Below, piece after piece: positions 37,095-51,044 of a stretch of DNA of 64,000 nt. The stretch is from Eledone cirrhosa (taxonomy: Eukaryota), in NCBI GenBank assembly GCA_964016885.1, contig OZ024741.1, positions 301,382,001 through 301,446,000 on the forward strand, in the 5' to 3' direction. Position numbers and translations under genes: made by a program. Position 1 is the stretch's first letter; every line of letters starts with the position of its first letter. Below the pieces are notes generated by a model. That model ran no database searches, was not told the DNA's origin, and was given only the letters and a program-made list of their open reading frames with translations.

Positions 37095-37118
37095 GTATGT
37101 ATGTATGTGTGTATGTAA

Positions 37119-37168
<50 letters not shown>

Positions 37169-39142
37169 TCATATCACAAAATATAATTTTCTCAATGACA
37201 TTTCTCTTTTCATTCAATTTTTATTTTCGTAATCTTTCTTTTGAATAATATAATAAATTTTATATTTCAGAGTTTTCTCCAAATTTATAAAGCTGTTTCT
37301 CATTGCAATTGAATATACGTAAGATAAAAACGACTCAGTATTGAAGAAATTCTATTCTTAACTATTTCTGCCGAAGTGAATTCTATTCCCAAGCTTATAG
37401 TCCTCAAATTATACTGAAAATAATCCAAGGGGGATTATGAGTATTCAATTCATTAAAACCTTTCCTAAGATATAATACAATTTGTTATTATCACTTAAAT
37501 ATGAAGCACCACATAGAAGGCAGTGGTTATAGTGTAAAGATTAGTGCTACTTATGATTGTTTCCCAAACATGGAGACTAAATACACTGCATAAAGACGTG
37601 GTAAAATGTATTTCAAAATTCTGCCACTACTATCTATATATAACTACATACAATTTTTATGATAGCAATTAAAATACATAAGCCATTCAAGGACATGCAG
37701 TTTCCTATTGAAATCACACGTCATACTGAAAAGGTTTGAAAATATTGTGTATTTACATAGATGAGAAAACATTCAAGAAAATATTTACAATACTTACTCT
37801 GTGCATAGTCCCAACTCCTTCGTATTTTCCCATGAATTCGTATGCACAACTGTATGTATATGTGCATATGCGTGCATATATATGTGTGTGTTTTATATGA
37901 GCCTATAATCATCTGTGTTCAAAAGTGTATCTTCTACAATGGTAAGTATAAGGTGTGCATATCTTTTGTTTTCAAGCTCATTTGTGCGAACATAAATCTG
38001 TGTGAGTTACATCCATATGCTTGCATATCCATGTTTTCATCTACATAAGTCTATTTCTACATTTGCATAATTATATATGTATGCTTTTGAGAGATATAGA
38101 GGGGGTGTTACATATCTATACGCCTCTCGGTTACTCTATTTGGTGTAGTAAGTTATATTTCTCATTAATACAACCTATCATTATTCATGCGTGCACACAC
38201 GTATATATATATATATGTGTGCGTGTGTGAGTGTGTGTGCGTGTGTGAGTGTGTGTGCGTGAGTTTGTGTGCGTGTATGTTGGGAGCATAATTATTTCGC
38301 CGGGCTCGGTGAATTCCATATTTGATTCCTGTTTCCCCGGTGTGTATAAACCAGAAATGCTTTACTCTTACTCGTCTTGCTATTGTTAACTGTAAGGTCC
38401 GTCTACACGCAGTAATTAATGATAAACACTATCCTCTATTCGAACATAAGCCAGTTGCAATATCATCAAAATGGAAGACATTTATTATTTAAACGTTTCC
38501 CCTCGAATGTTTATGTACGTTGGTTTTCATTAGCCGAATTTGGCTTATGTGTATACATACATGTGCTTCATGTATTAGAGCAGAAGCAAAGAATGATATT
38601 TCATATTAATTCTCTGTCCTTGATGCTAGAAAATATATTCATAACACTTAGATATCATAGGTTTCCAATCAGAAAATGATTGCTAGCCTTCTTTTCATAA
38701 GGCGTACCAAATTTTCAGTAGTAAGTATAGATCTATAACTGACTTTTCTTTTTCTTTTTTGTGATAAGTCTAAGAAAGGCGTGTTACTAAACAAATATAG
38801 GAGTTTCAGTTCAAAAATGTTTACTTCGCGCAATCTTTCTATGGCGATTAAATTTGATAATAACAGCCCTATTATAACAATTCTTCAAGTTATCAAAGGC
38901 AGCTTAAATATTTTACCAACTTTACAATTAAATTAACATGTATGAATTTATGTATGCATATATGCATGTACGCATATTTTCATTCTTTTTTCACTGGTTT
39001 CAGTCACTAGGATGCGACAATGCCGGCCTTCCGCCTTGAATTATCAGATCATATCGACCGCAGTAGTTACTTAATCGAATTGTATCAATTCTTTAAGTTA
39101 CTTTAACAGACACAAATGTAAACACACACCGGGACACACACA

Positions 39143-39219
<77 letters not shown>

Positions 39220-39248
39220 TCTCACACACACATATATATATATATATA

Positions 39249-40030
39249 TAAATGTAAGTCCAAAGAATCATTAGATAAAATATATACAATATTTCCTCTC
39301 CCAATCAGTATAAATTAACCACACAAAAATCATTTAAAGGAGGCTATAAGTTTAAAATGTACTTATGAAGAAATAATAGACAAATGATACAGATTCTTTT
39401 CCGCGATATACAACCATATGACATTTACCTAGTATTTCTCCTAGCCTGTAGAAATTGACTAGACAAATAGTTAACTACACGGAATTAGGTACAAAATTGA
39501 AGTTAGAAGAAAAAATGCACATAGATATTACCGAAATTCTCATGGTCTCTACCAACCGGTATTTTCGTTCCACTTTTTGGATATATCCGATCTTGGATAA
39601 ATCCACTAGGCTCGGAACTCATCAGGAGATACCCCAGACTGGGCTAAGATATTCTAGCATGATCCCCGCCAGAAATGAATTCAAAATGGCTAAGAACCAT
39701 CACGTGGCCAGTGGTCAAGGCAGAAGGCTTGTGATTGGTGCCTGTCGGCGAGTAGGCTGGTTGCTAGAAAGCGTAGCCGAATACTGCCTAAAGTTTTACT
39801 CAACCTTACGGGAGTATATATTAAATTCAAAGGGTATATATATATAAATTAGACAAAGTCACAGATATATATATATGCGTTTGGCAACCATTCACGGTGT
39901 GGCTCAATAAAGAATTAATTAAATAATTATTAATCAGAGCAATTTATAAAAATGTAAGTCCAAAGAATCATTAGATAAAATATATACAATATTTCCTCTC
40001 CCAATCAGTATAAATTAACCACACAAAAAA
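39249..40030 (-). mobile_element. ~700-bp ORF-less hammerhead element with ~80-bp terminal redundancy, in (TA)n; related fragment at ~42575-42810
   Basis: aaatgtaagtccaaagaatcattagataaaat... at ~39250 and ~39950. Confidence 0.7.
39546..39629 (-). ncRNA. Type I hammerhead with extended stem II (stem III eroded)
   Basis: Minus strand UCUC-CUGAUGA-GUUCC[42 nt with hairpin]GGAAC-GAAA auaccgguugg UA-GAGA. Confidence 0.65.
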
Positions 40031-40060
40031 TAATTTAAACGATATATATATATATATATG

Positions 40061-40172
<112 letters not shown>

Positions 40173-40190
40173 GTATATATATATATTATG

Positions 40191-40227
<37 letters not shown>

Positions 40228-40319
40228 ATGTGTGTGTGTGTGTGTGTGTGCGTGTGTGTGCGTGTGTCTGTGTGTTTGCACGTGTTTGATGTGTGGGGGT
40301 GTTTGAATGTATCTATATG

Positions 40320-40470
40320 ACGGGCCTCTGCAGTTTCCGTCAACCAGATTCCACTCAAAATTATTTTTCAACCCGAGGCTAGAGTAGAAGACACTTTCTC
40401 ATGAGACTGCGCAGCAGGATTGAACCAAGCACAGCGTGGTCGCGAAGTGAACACGTTAACCATTCAGGCA
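40320..40470 (-). mobile_element. tRNA-derived SINE remnant
   Basis: A/B-box-like (tggttaacg..ggttcaatcc) on the minus strand; related piece at ~44785-44870. Confidence 0.5.
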
Positions 40471-41331
40471 TTCGTATGCCTCTATGGTTACATAACTTCC
40501 TTTTATTCGTGATATAACTAATAACATGCATTGTGATAATATACATTGTATGTTATATATATATAATATGGCCCATAGTGTTTCGTCATAAAGTTCAGTT
40601 GGTAACGTGTAAAACATTTCGAAGATATTCTGCCGATATGATATATTTCTGTGTTTGTAAAAATTGCTAGATACATTTTAGCTTTCTGAACTGAATAACA
40701 GTAGTTTTGTTCTCAACCCGAGGAATGTTTACATCATTATTAATTTTTAATATCCGTTACCAATTTTTAATATCTGTTACCAATATTGATTTATAATTTA
40801 ATCACAGGCCAAAAAATATGGGGAAAGAGCAAATTTTATTAAATCAACTTCAATAATTTGCTGGTACTTTATTATTTTTACTACTTCAGGTAAAATTCAA
40901 ACTCATACTGTAAAATGGCAGAACAAATACTGCAATGCTGTCTCATACAACGATGTATCAACTCTGCCAAGATACCAGCTAATATTCCTAATAATTCTAT
41001 TTCAAATATCATGAGATAGCTTTGTAACTCGAGCTGGTTATTTGGCTTCACTTATTCAACTAGATGATAGGTATGCAAGTTATACAATGGCCGCAGGAAT
41101 AACACTATAGACACGTTGATATCTATTAATTTCGTCTCCGACAATGTTTTCATTCAGCGATTCAGTTTTGTATTTGCGATGTACTTTCATTGTTTAATAG
41201 CATACGAAAATACATAAAGTGGGCTTTGTTTCCGAATATTTTCATTGCATTACTATGTGTTTACGTTGTTATCATTTATATACGTGCACAAACAAAGAAA
41301 CAAACACACACACACACGCACACACACACAC

Positions 41332-41402
<71 letters not shown>

Positions 41403-41660
41403 CGTGTGTGTGTGTTTGTTTCTTTGTTTATCGAGAATCTAATTGTAATACGTGACGTATTCTATTCTATAGCGATTAGGTCTTCAAAATGTTTATTATA
41501 AACATACAGAATATTTTCGAATATTCTATGTCTATATTCACATATATATCGCTATTTCAGAGCATTTATTCCAATTTCTAATTTCTGCCGGACCGGCAAC
41601 CGCTCTTTCAAACCAGTTCCTGTACACGGCTAAGTATTCTATAAGTCTCTAGCTGTGTCA

Positions 41661-41746
41661 TTCTCGATAAAAGCACTGGATATGTAGTCCTGAAGATTTC
41701 TAATAAGAATGAAACGCGTAGATTACTTCCCTTGCTTTTATCGAGA
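41661..41746 (+). ncRNA. Type I hammerhead, predicted cleavage after 41720
   Basis: GUAGUC-CUGAAGA-uUUC uaauaa GAAu-GAAAC gc GUA-GAUUAC; distal stem I UUCUCGAUAAAAGCA/UGCUUUUAUCGAGAA (15 bp perfect). Confidence 0.88.
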
Positions 41747-41970
41747 ATCTAATTGTAATACGTGACGTATTCTATTCTATAGCGATTAGGTCTTCAAAAT
41801 GTTTATTATAAACATACAGAATATTTTCGAATATTCTATGTCTATATTCACATATATATCGCTATTTCAGAGCATTTATTCCAATTTCTAATTTCTGCCG
41901 GACCGGCAACCGCTCTTTCAAACCAGTTCCTGTACACGGCTAAGTATTCTATAAGTCTCTAGCTGTGTCA

Positions 41971-42056
41971 TTCTCGATAAAAGCACTGGATATGTAGTCC
42001 TGAAGATTTCTAATAAGAATGAAACGCGTAGATTACTTCCCTTGCTTTTATCGAGA
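41971..42056 (+). ncRNA. Type I hammerhead, predicted cleavage after 42030
   Basis: Identical to 41661-41746. Confidence 0.88.
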
Positions 42057-42158
42057 ATCTAATTGTAATACGTGACGTATTCTATTCTATAGCGATTAGG
42101 TCTTCAAAATGTTTATTATAAACATACAGAATATTTTCGAATATTCTATGTCTATATT

Positions 42159-42206
<48 letters not shown>

Positions 42207-42810
42207 CACACGCACGCATAAACACAAAACATATTTACACAAGCAATAGCACCTTGTGTATGCGTACGTGCTCGCATGTGCGAGTACGTGCGTGTTTTTT
42301 ACCTTGAGTAACTCGCCGTATGGAATGACGAGTTATTTCTATTTTCTGTTTTTCTATTTGATTTTTCATTTTTTTAATCTAATACATTATAACAAAATTC
42401 ACGGAGTATAAAAAAATTAGTTGAAACGAAAATTCTTCCTAAAGAGATCGACTTAACTCATCGAGCGTGTGGCCGGGGATTGAAAAAAAATTCCTTATAC
42501 TGAAAAATTCGTTATAATGGTATTCGTTATAACGGAATTTTACCTGTATATATATATATATATATATATCATAAAACATGTCTATAGAATCACAAGATAA
42601 AATATATACCATTTCCTCTCCCAATTAGCATAATTAACTATATAAAAAATCGAATAGACCAGGCTATAAGAATGAGGCTTCTATGAAGAAATCTCCAACA
42701 AATAACCGAAACTAGCCCTTCGCGTCGGCCGCAACGGAATATTTATTGAATATTTCGACAGTCAACTAAACAGAATTAGGTGTAAAATAAACTAGGAGAA
42801 AATAGAATAC

Positions 42811-42846
<36 letters not shown>

Positions 42847-42848
<2 letters not shown>

Positions 42849-43210
42849 AGACGGCTGAACGCTTTTCACCAGCGGTGCCTGCGAAGGATCCTTCGTGTGT
42901 CCTGGCACGACCGAGTGCGAAACGAGGAGATCCTGCGGAGAGCCGAGTCGTGGTCGCTACAGAGAGTGGTCATGGAGCGTCGGTGCCGTCTGACAAATGA
43001 ACGGCATTCGAAAACAGCGATGAACTGGACTCCGCCTGGCAGTAAACCGAGGCGGGGTTGCCCAAGGATCACCTGGCGACGAACGTTCCGGAAGGACCTA
43101 ATGGCAGCCAACATCACCTGGCACGGTCTCGAAAAAGTTGCCGCTGATCGTGACCGTTGGCGAGTACTTACTGTTCAATGCGCCGAACGGCGCGGAAGAA
43201 TCTAAGACTA

Positions 43211-43213
<3 letters not shown>
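42847..43213 (+). mobile_element. RTE/BovB-like LINE 3' fragment
   Basis: AFHQRCLRRILRVSWHDRVRNEEIL..RGCPRITW..DRDRWR; ctaaga repeat tail. Confidence 0.8.
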
Positions 43214-43258
<45 letters not shown>

Positions 43259-43263
<5 letters not shown>

Positions 43264-43465
43264 ACAGACCCTCCATCTCAACTCTACTTTTGAAAAGCAG
43301 AAGAACTGCGAAACCGGTAAAGGAACCAAATAAATATATATATTTTTAAAAAAAATAAGACTCCAGTTGCATTTTCGATTTCATCTCTTTTTCTTTATAC
43401 TTTCACTCGTGTAGGACACCTCGGTTATTTTTCATTTTGTAAAAAAAACCTCACTTTCTAAAATA
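43259..43465 (+). mobile_element. Solo pLTR end of the Neptune-like PLE with U3-A8 hammerhead (43285-43324)
   Basis: Near identical to 13777-13980. Confidence 0.8.
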
Positions 43466-44154
43466 TATTTATATATATATATATATTTATTTAATTTTGA
43501 TTCCTACTTTTCATTTTTACTCTGTTTACAATCTAATGCTTATATAAATATATACCAGATATGTTATTGTTAACAAGTATAAAACGCCTAGTCCTCAAGT
43601 CATTGTTATAAAGTATGTTCATTTTTCAGTATCTATGAGCATTTTAACCAATTTATTCAATATTTGTAATTTATTGACAAATCTGAGGTTATATTAGAAA
43701 ACTCTTATACAATGGAAATATATTTTCCTGTCTCTATAGTGTTTATTAAATTATCAAATAAGCTACTATTTATCTCATATTTGACAAATATAGATGTTGT
43801 ATTACAATTTGTTATTTTATTTATGGAATATATCATGTAAATACAGTTTAATAGAAAAAGAATAAAAAGAAAATTTAGATTGCGAAGAAAAAATTGAATA
43901 TATATATATAAAGGAAACAGAGACAAAATGGGGAAGGGAATGTCAAGGACTTTAATGTAACAGACGAATAGGGGGAGGATGATTGGGCTCTGAGCCTATG
44001 GCGCAGCGGTGAAGGGGCTGCGCCTGCAGACAAGACCGCAAAAGCATTCCCGCGGAAGATGACCAACGACACCAGCTGCAACAGATCAAAAATATTTTAT
44101 TGTCTTTCTGCAGTCTGACGGACGACTGTATCTTCAAATCTTTAATGTCTGTCA

Positions 44155-44192
<38 letters not shown>

Positions 44193-44551
44193 GGTGTTGG
44201 ATGCTTAAAGCGTCCGTATGCGGTAAGCCGTTTGAGCACTCGATGCTCTCAGAGCAGAGTATATCACAAAAAAAGAGAATCAGTGATTTGGAAAATCTGC
44301 TTCGTAGAATCAAGAAGTGTCTGAGGACCTTACGATTTCAGAGTCTGGTTCGATGATCACATCGATCGTGCCTCGAGCTGGTCGCCAGAGAAACGATTGT
44401 AATATGTCCAATAAATTCCATTCGTCGCAACAATGATTCTCTTTTTTTTGTGATATATATATATATATATATATCGAAGGCGGTGTGGTAAGGAACCAGA
44501 TCAGGGTCAAACATTTTCCTTTCTCACTCTCTCGCTCTCTCTCTCTCTCTC

Positions 44552-44610
<59 letters not shown>

Positions 44611-45773
44611 CGCGTGCTCTTTCCCCCTCTCTCCCGCTCTCACTCTCGTTAATCTACCAAACAACTGAACTGTCGACTCAATGTCTAACGTGGCTGAATA
44701 TTCTGTATTTATGTCTGCCCGAATTTAATCCTGTGGTTACGTCGGGTCGAAGCTGGACCTTTGGAATATAAATACTGTCCGTGAGATGAGCTTCCCTACA
44801 GTTTCCATGTACCTAATTTCACTTCCAGGTTTCGAGTTGACTCAAGTCTATAACAAAACCTAACATACCGCACAACTTATGTTTCACGGACACACATTCA
44901 CAGTGAAATATATGTTTGTGTGTATAACGTAATCAATAAGACTGACATCGATATTTTTTGCCACTAAATGTTACCGAGGAGTCACACAGCGAACTGTTAA
45001 AAAACGAAATTTGGAGTGAACTTTGTAATCGCTCGGCGATATATACTTAGTTTTTGTTTATATTATTTGACGCTTAATTTTTTTTTTTGATTTCTTGTAT
45101 GAAATCAATTTTTCTTGTCATGTCTTAGTATATAGTTAAGAGTGTTTGAATTTATTTCATAATGTCACCAACGATGTCTGTCTCTCTAGCTTCCAGGATT
45201 TTGATTGATATTGCATATACTTATATTAAAAATTCTTTAAAATGACAGAAAAATATTGAATGTTCAATCAACAAATATATACTGTCTATTACCGCTGGAC
45301 AAAGTCTATCTAGTATTTCATTCTTTAAAAGTGTTTCCTTCGCTATGTGGTTATACATTGATATTAGTACCGGAAATTAAACATTACCTGTATTTGACAT
45401 ATCTGCTGACATATACTGTTGAGATCATTATTCTTGGGTAATGCAACAGATGTACATGATCTACTGACGTCTCCACCTAAGGATATTATAAAAACCAAAT
45501 AAACCACGATATTTTAAATATAAAAAAAAAAAACATATATAAATTCAATTATAATGGCAATTATGATGGATTTAAGGACGACACGTTGCATAATGAAGTT
45601 TTCTTTAATTTTTACAGCTTCTTTTGGAGGAACTTCTATAATCGATCTGTTATATGCGCTACTTAATGATTTCATTGAATTCATAGAAGACGCATTACAG
45701 CATAAATTTTCAAATGTATAATTCTTTATTTCATGCATTTAGTATGTTATAAATCCCTGCCCATTATTATTAT

Positions 45774-46577
45774 TATCGGTAGAAGGTCGGATGCCATGCT
45801 TCGCATCATAGAATTACGGCTCTTTGCTGACTGAGTTCAAATCCCACCGAGGTTAACTTTGCCTTTCATCATTACGTGGTCGATAAAATAAAGTACCAGT
45901 AATGCACTCATATAATTGCTGGCCTTGTGACAAAAATAGAAACAATTATTATTATTATGGATTGGTGGTGGATTGGCAGTATCGGTAGCGGGTCTGACGC
46001 CATGCTTTGCAGCAAAGAGTTACGGCCTTTTATGGTCTGGGTTCAAATACCACCGAGGTTAACTTTGCCTTTCATGATTACGTAGTCAATAAAATAAAGT
46101 ACCAGTAATGTACTGGGTATTTGCTGGCCTTGTACCAAAAGTAGAAACAATTATTATGGATTGGCAATATGGTTAGAGTGTCGGACATTATACTTTCTGG
46201 CATAGAGTTACGGCCCTTTACATTCTGAGTTAAAATACCGCCGATGTTAGCTTTGCCTTTCATCCTTACGTGGTCGATAAAATAAAGTACCAGTAATGCA
46301 CTGCTTTCGAATTAATCGATTTTACTCTTCCCCAAATTGCTGGCCTTGTGCCTATAGTAGAAATCATTTTTATTATTATTGATTAGCAGTATCGTTAGAG
46401 CGTCGGACATTTTACTTTGCGTTATATAGTTACGGCCCTTTATATTCTTATCAAATGCCGCCGAGGTTAGCTTTGCCATTCATCCTTACGGGGTCGATAA
46501 AATAAAGTACCAGTCACACACGATTTAATCGACTTTTCCCTCCCCCAAATTGCTGGCCTTGTGCCTAAATAAGAAAC
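45774..46577 (+). mobile_element. Tandem array of four SINE copies
   Basis: Repeated gttcaaat..ccgaggttaactttgcctttcatc..gtcgataaaataaagtaccag..tagaaac with (TTA)n spacers. Confidence 0.8.
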
Positions 46578-46579
46578 CA

Positions 46580-49500
46580 TGACCAGCCGAAGGGACGGTT
46601 CAAACTGTCACTTTCCCACACGATCAGGGTAGGTGATCCTTTCTCATTTACTCCATTCCTCACCCAACATAGCCTTACTCAGAATAGGCAGTATAAATGT
46701 ACGTTGCCTGGGGTCATCTTGGAAGCAGTGCCACCTGCTTAACGATCTCAGGTCACTAAACATAGATGTGGTTGCCATCAGCGAGACCAGAATTTCCGAA
46801 GCACGAGACTTCACACTGATCCTCGGCGACTACGATGTATACGCATCTCCCAGCCGTCCGGAAGAGGGGGAGGAGTTGCTGTGCTTTTTCTGAGAGGCTT
46901 GGATCTCGCCATACGGGCCATTTTCCTGGACCCAGAAGGTAAGTCCGTGGTACTGGACATGATAGGCAGCGAAGGCAATGCTTTCAGGCTAGTAGCCGTC
47001 TACGCCCCAACCGGGGCAGGACGGCCAGATTTCTTCAGACGTCTAGAGACCTTTCCTGGAACGTCCTGCTCTTTAGTGTTAGTGGGTGACTGGAACGGTA
47101 TCTTAGATGCACGCTGGGATTATAAACGCCTCACCAAACTGCTCAGACGTTTTGAACTGTCTGACAGGTATCGACTGGATTATACGAATATGCCAATGTG
47201 GACATGGGCAAACCACATCGGGTCATCCAGAACGCATTTAGATAGGGTATTCTGTAGGGAAACAGATAAGGCTAGTGTAGGTTGTCCACAATTTAAAGTA
47301 GTCGACTACCCGGACCACACATTTGTGATCTGCTAAGTTGACTTAGATAGACTCCATAGGCAAGGGCCCGGCTACTGGAAGCTGAACGCGTCTTTCCGGA
47401 CGTGCAAAACTTACAGAGACCGGATTAGCGAATTATTTAAGCGTGCGTTGTCGGGTGCGATCGTCAACAACAGGTGGTGGTTTACCCTGAAAAGAGCTAT
47501 TAGAGTAGAATCGATAAGGTTTAGCAAAGGAGTTGTGATAGAGGAAAATAGAATAGAGGGAGAGTTAGTTAGAAAGCTAGAAGTGGCGTTTAGGACAGTC
47601 ATCGCAACCGACGTGCTTGCGGCGAGGTTGGCACTCGACCAAGCATGAAGGTTGCGTTGTAAGAGTTAGAGCGCGTGCTCTAAAACACGAGGGGACGAAA
47701 GCCGTTCGATGGGCCCGGGTGGTGGAGGCGCGACGTGGCAATAAGTCCACAATTCGGTCTTTGCCTGATTAAAACGGGTGCATGTTGCTCGAACCCGAGC
47801 AGAGGTGTGCGGCTTTTCAACAGCACTTTGCTCAATTGTTCGGGAGCGGCGTCGGACCGGATCGGAGTATGGACTTCGGTGCATACTTCGACGACTACCG
47901 CAGCTCTTGACGACCGCAGCGCAGTGCTGCGAAAAGCCGATAACAGCAGGTGAAATACGGGAGGCGATGTCAGACTGCACGAAGGGGTAAATCGCCAGGT
48001 TTGGATGGTCTACCCTACGAGCTTTATGCGTATATGCCAGACTTGTTCGGCGCCCTCTTAGCAGATGTCTACTGCAACTGGCAGCAGAACGGGAGCATTC
48101 CCAGTTTTGTGAGACGGGGAGCGGTGGCGCTGCTGAGAAAAGACCCGAACAAGGGGGACGTTATAGACAACTTCAGGCCCATAACTCTGCTAAACGCAGA
48201 GTTTAAGATTTTGGCCAAGGTGTTGCAAAGAGTTTGGGCGCTTGTCGTCGGTGATCTGGTGGGAGAGGCGCAGACATGCACCATTCCGAACAGATCCATC
48301 CATGACAATCTCCATCTCATGCGATACATCATAGAGAGGGTGGTTAAGAAAATTGGTGCGGGTGGGGCCCTGATCAACTTGGATTAATCCTAAGCATTTG
48401 ATAGGGTCGACCATCGGTACCTGGCTGGGGTCCTCGAGGCGGCCGGCTTCAGGCCCGTTTTTATGGGCTGGATCGCTGCGATGCACAGTGACATCTGCTC
48501 GATTGTGAGGGTGATGGTCACCTGTCACAGCCTTTCAGCATCATGCGCTCGGTCCGCCAAGGTTGCCCAATCTCGTCCCTCCTGTACGTACTGGCTCTCG
48601 AGCCGTTACTGCACAAATTGGAGACGATGAGGAGGGTCCCACGCGAACTGGGATGCGGGAGATCCGTGTTGGCTTACGCCGATGACGTCAGCGTGGTGGT
48701 GCCGAGCACCAAACACGTCCACATGCTCGGCACCTCTCTCAAGGAATACGAATAGGTGACAGGAGCAAAGATAAACCAGGAAAGGTCGGTGGGCTTGCAA
48801 CTCGGCACCTGGAGAGGCAAGTCCATGCCGTCCGTCAACGTCGTTTGGAGCTGGACGGAAGGACCGGTTAAATTGCTCGGGGTCTGGTTCGGTCCGTACC
48901 TCCAGATGGAGTAAAACTGGAGCGAGGTGACGATCAAGGTGGCCTCTCTCACCCAGAAATGGTCGGGCGGAGGTGGCGAATGCGTACATCGCGTCCGTCA
49001 TCTGCTACCGCCTGAGCGTCGTACCTTGTCTCCCCCCCCCCCCCTCCCACCCCCACCAACTCTGACCAAATTGGAGCGCCTTCTCTTCCGCTTTTTGTGG
49101 AAGGAACATGCTCCCATGGTCAGACGATCCATTTTCTGTCAACACCCGTGGCGTGGAGGACTAGGCATGCCGTGGCTGATGATGCGCAAACATGCACTGA
49201 GGCTGCGACGGTGAACAGGTGAACAGGTGTGGTCGCCGTTTGCCAGACGCGCTTTACCCCAGCTCGTCTCCTTGACGGAGCTGCAGTCCTGGATCAGGAA
49301 AAGACCGAGTGATAGCGCTTGGAAGCTGGAATGTCTCCAAGCGCTCACCGCCCTCTACCAGCTAGGCACTAGTATCGGTGGAACATCCTCCTCGGCGTTC
49401 TATAGAGGGCTAGTTGAGGGAAAGAGCGACGACGTTCTCGGGGAGACCTCGGGCGTCGAAGACGATCAGCTGTTCGCTCTCTTCAAGAGAACTTTCAGCC

Positions 49501-49875
49501 CGGGGCCTATGGACAACTTCCAGAAATCCCTGGCCTGGCAGTGCTACCGGGGAGCGTTGCCGGTTCAGGATAAGTTCTACAGGAATGGAGGTGCATTCAG
49601 CCGAGCCTGTCCGAGATGCGCGCAGGGCGACGAAACCGTCCTGCACGCACTCGTTCAGTGCCCGAGGATTGCTGACTTGTGGAGCTATGTCGAACAGATG
49701 CTGTCGCGTGTAGGACGGATCCGGTTATCGACTGAGTCCATTGTGCAGATATCCCCGCCACCCTCCTTTAAAGAGGGGGAAGGATAGGCAGTTTTCATAT
49801 GCCTGGTACCCATGGCGAAACAGAATGTGTGGTGGACAAAATTGAAAGGGTTGAAGACGGACATTTTCCTCAAAC
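46580..49875 (+). pseudogene. Decayed second copy of the Tx1 element (ORF2 with stops, frameshifts and deletions)
   Basis: Fragments align to the 485-3712 protein (RIGSINVR, KSPGLDG, YADD, CPRCAQGDETVLH). Confidence 0.92.
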
Positions 49876-49944
49876 CATATAAGCATAAATATTCTTATTA
49901 TTACTATATATATATATATATATATATATGCATATATGTATATA

Positions 49945-50062
<118 letters not shown>

Positions 50063-50149
50063 TATATATATATATACATATATGCATATATATATATATA
50101 TACAGATAGATAAACAGACATACAAAAACACGTATTTATATTATATATA

Positions 50150-50231
<82 letters not shown>

Positions 50232-50280
50232 TATATTTATATATATATATATATATATATGTGTATATATATATATATTT

Positions 50281-50330
<50 letters not shown>

Positions 50331-50917
50331 GTGTGTGTCTGTGGATGTGTGTGTATGTAACCTTGCTGGAAGAGAAATGCAATAAAACTTTTTTGTAAGA
50401 GTATTTGAATTGTATGTTTGTTCAGCATTGTATGTATAAGAAACATAGTGTAAACGATCCCTTAGTGATTAGTTGGTGCAGAATTCTATATTCTGCCGAA
50501 GCATGCATTACGATTTAATTAGGTAATAACTTCGTCCTTTGAGATCATTTTATCTTTTATCGAGTCGGTGTTTGAAAGCATAAATGCACTAACAATATCT
50601 GTCCACATAATACACCTTTGTGAGTATTTGCATAGTAGTTTTTCTCCTTTTAATGTGAAGTAATATTCGTAGCAATGTTCGGTTCATTATCACACCTTAC
50701 CGTTAATAGCATGTAAGCTTAGAGATGAAAAAAATCTTCAACCTATTGCCCCAATATGGCATACATAATTCACATTTTCTTTGCAGATAATTGAAATCAT
50801 GTGTACTATGTTGTATATTCATGTATAAATCATATTTAATGTCGTTATTACAAGTACAGCAATTTGCCTAAAATGCATATACATACATAGAAATATACAC
50901 ACTCTACTATATATATA

Positions 50918-50958
<41 letters not shown>

Positions 50959-51013
50959 GATAACAAAATATCGTTATAGGTAATCCAGTTATTCTTCACT
51001 TTTTCAATATTAT

Positions 51014-51044
<31 letters not shown>

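Larger units (their letters stand above)
41427..42165 (+). mobile_element. Retrozyme-like tandem array, 310-bp unit x ~2.4
   Basis: tcgagaatctaattgtaata at 41431, 41741 and 42051; copies appear identical; one HHR per unit; no ORF. Confidence 0.85.

Noticed and set aside
42500-42547. pogo/Tigger-like terminal repeat ending CCTG-TA
   Set aside because: No matching second TIR or transposase found
45618-45721. Possible host terminal exon (tttacag|..SFGGTSIIDLLYALLNDFIEFIEDALQHKFSNV*); also a possible 48-bp exon at 37271-37318
   Set aside because: Only splice-like context; no recognisable homology or supported partner exons
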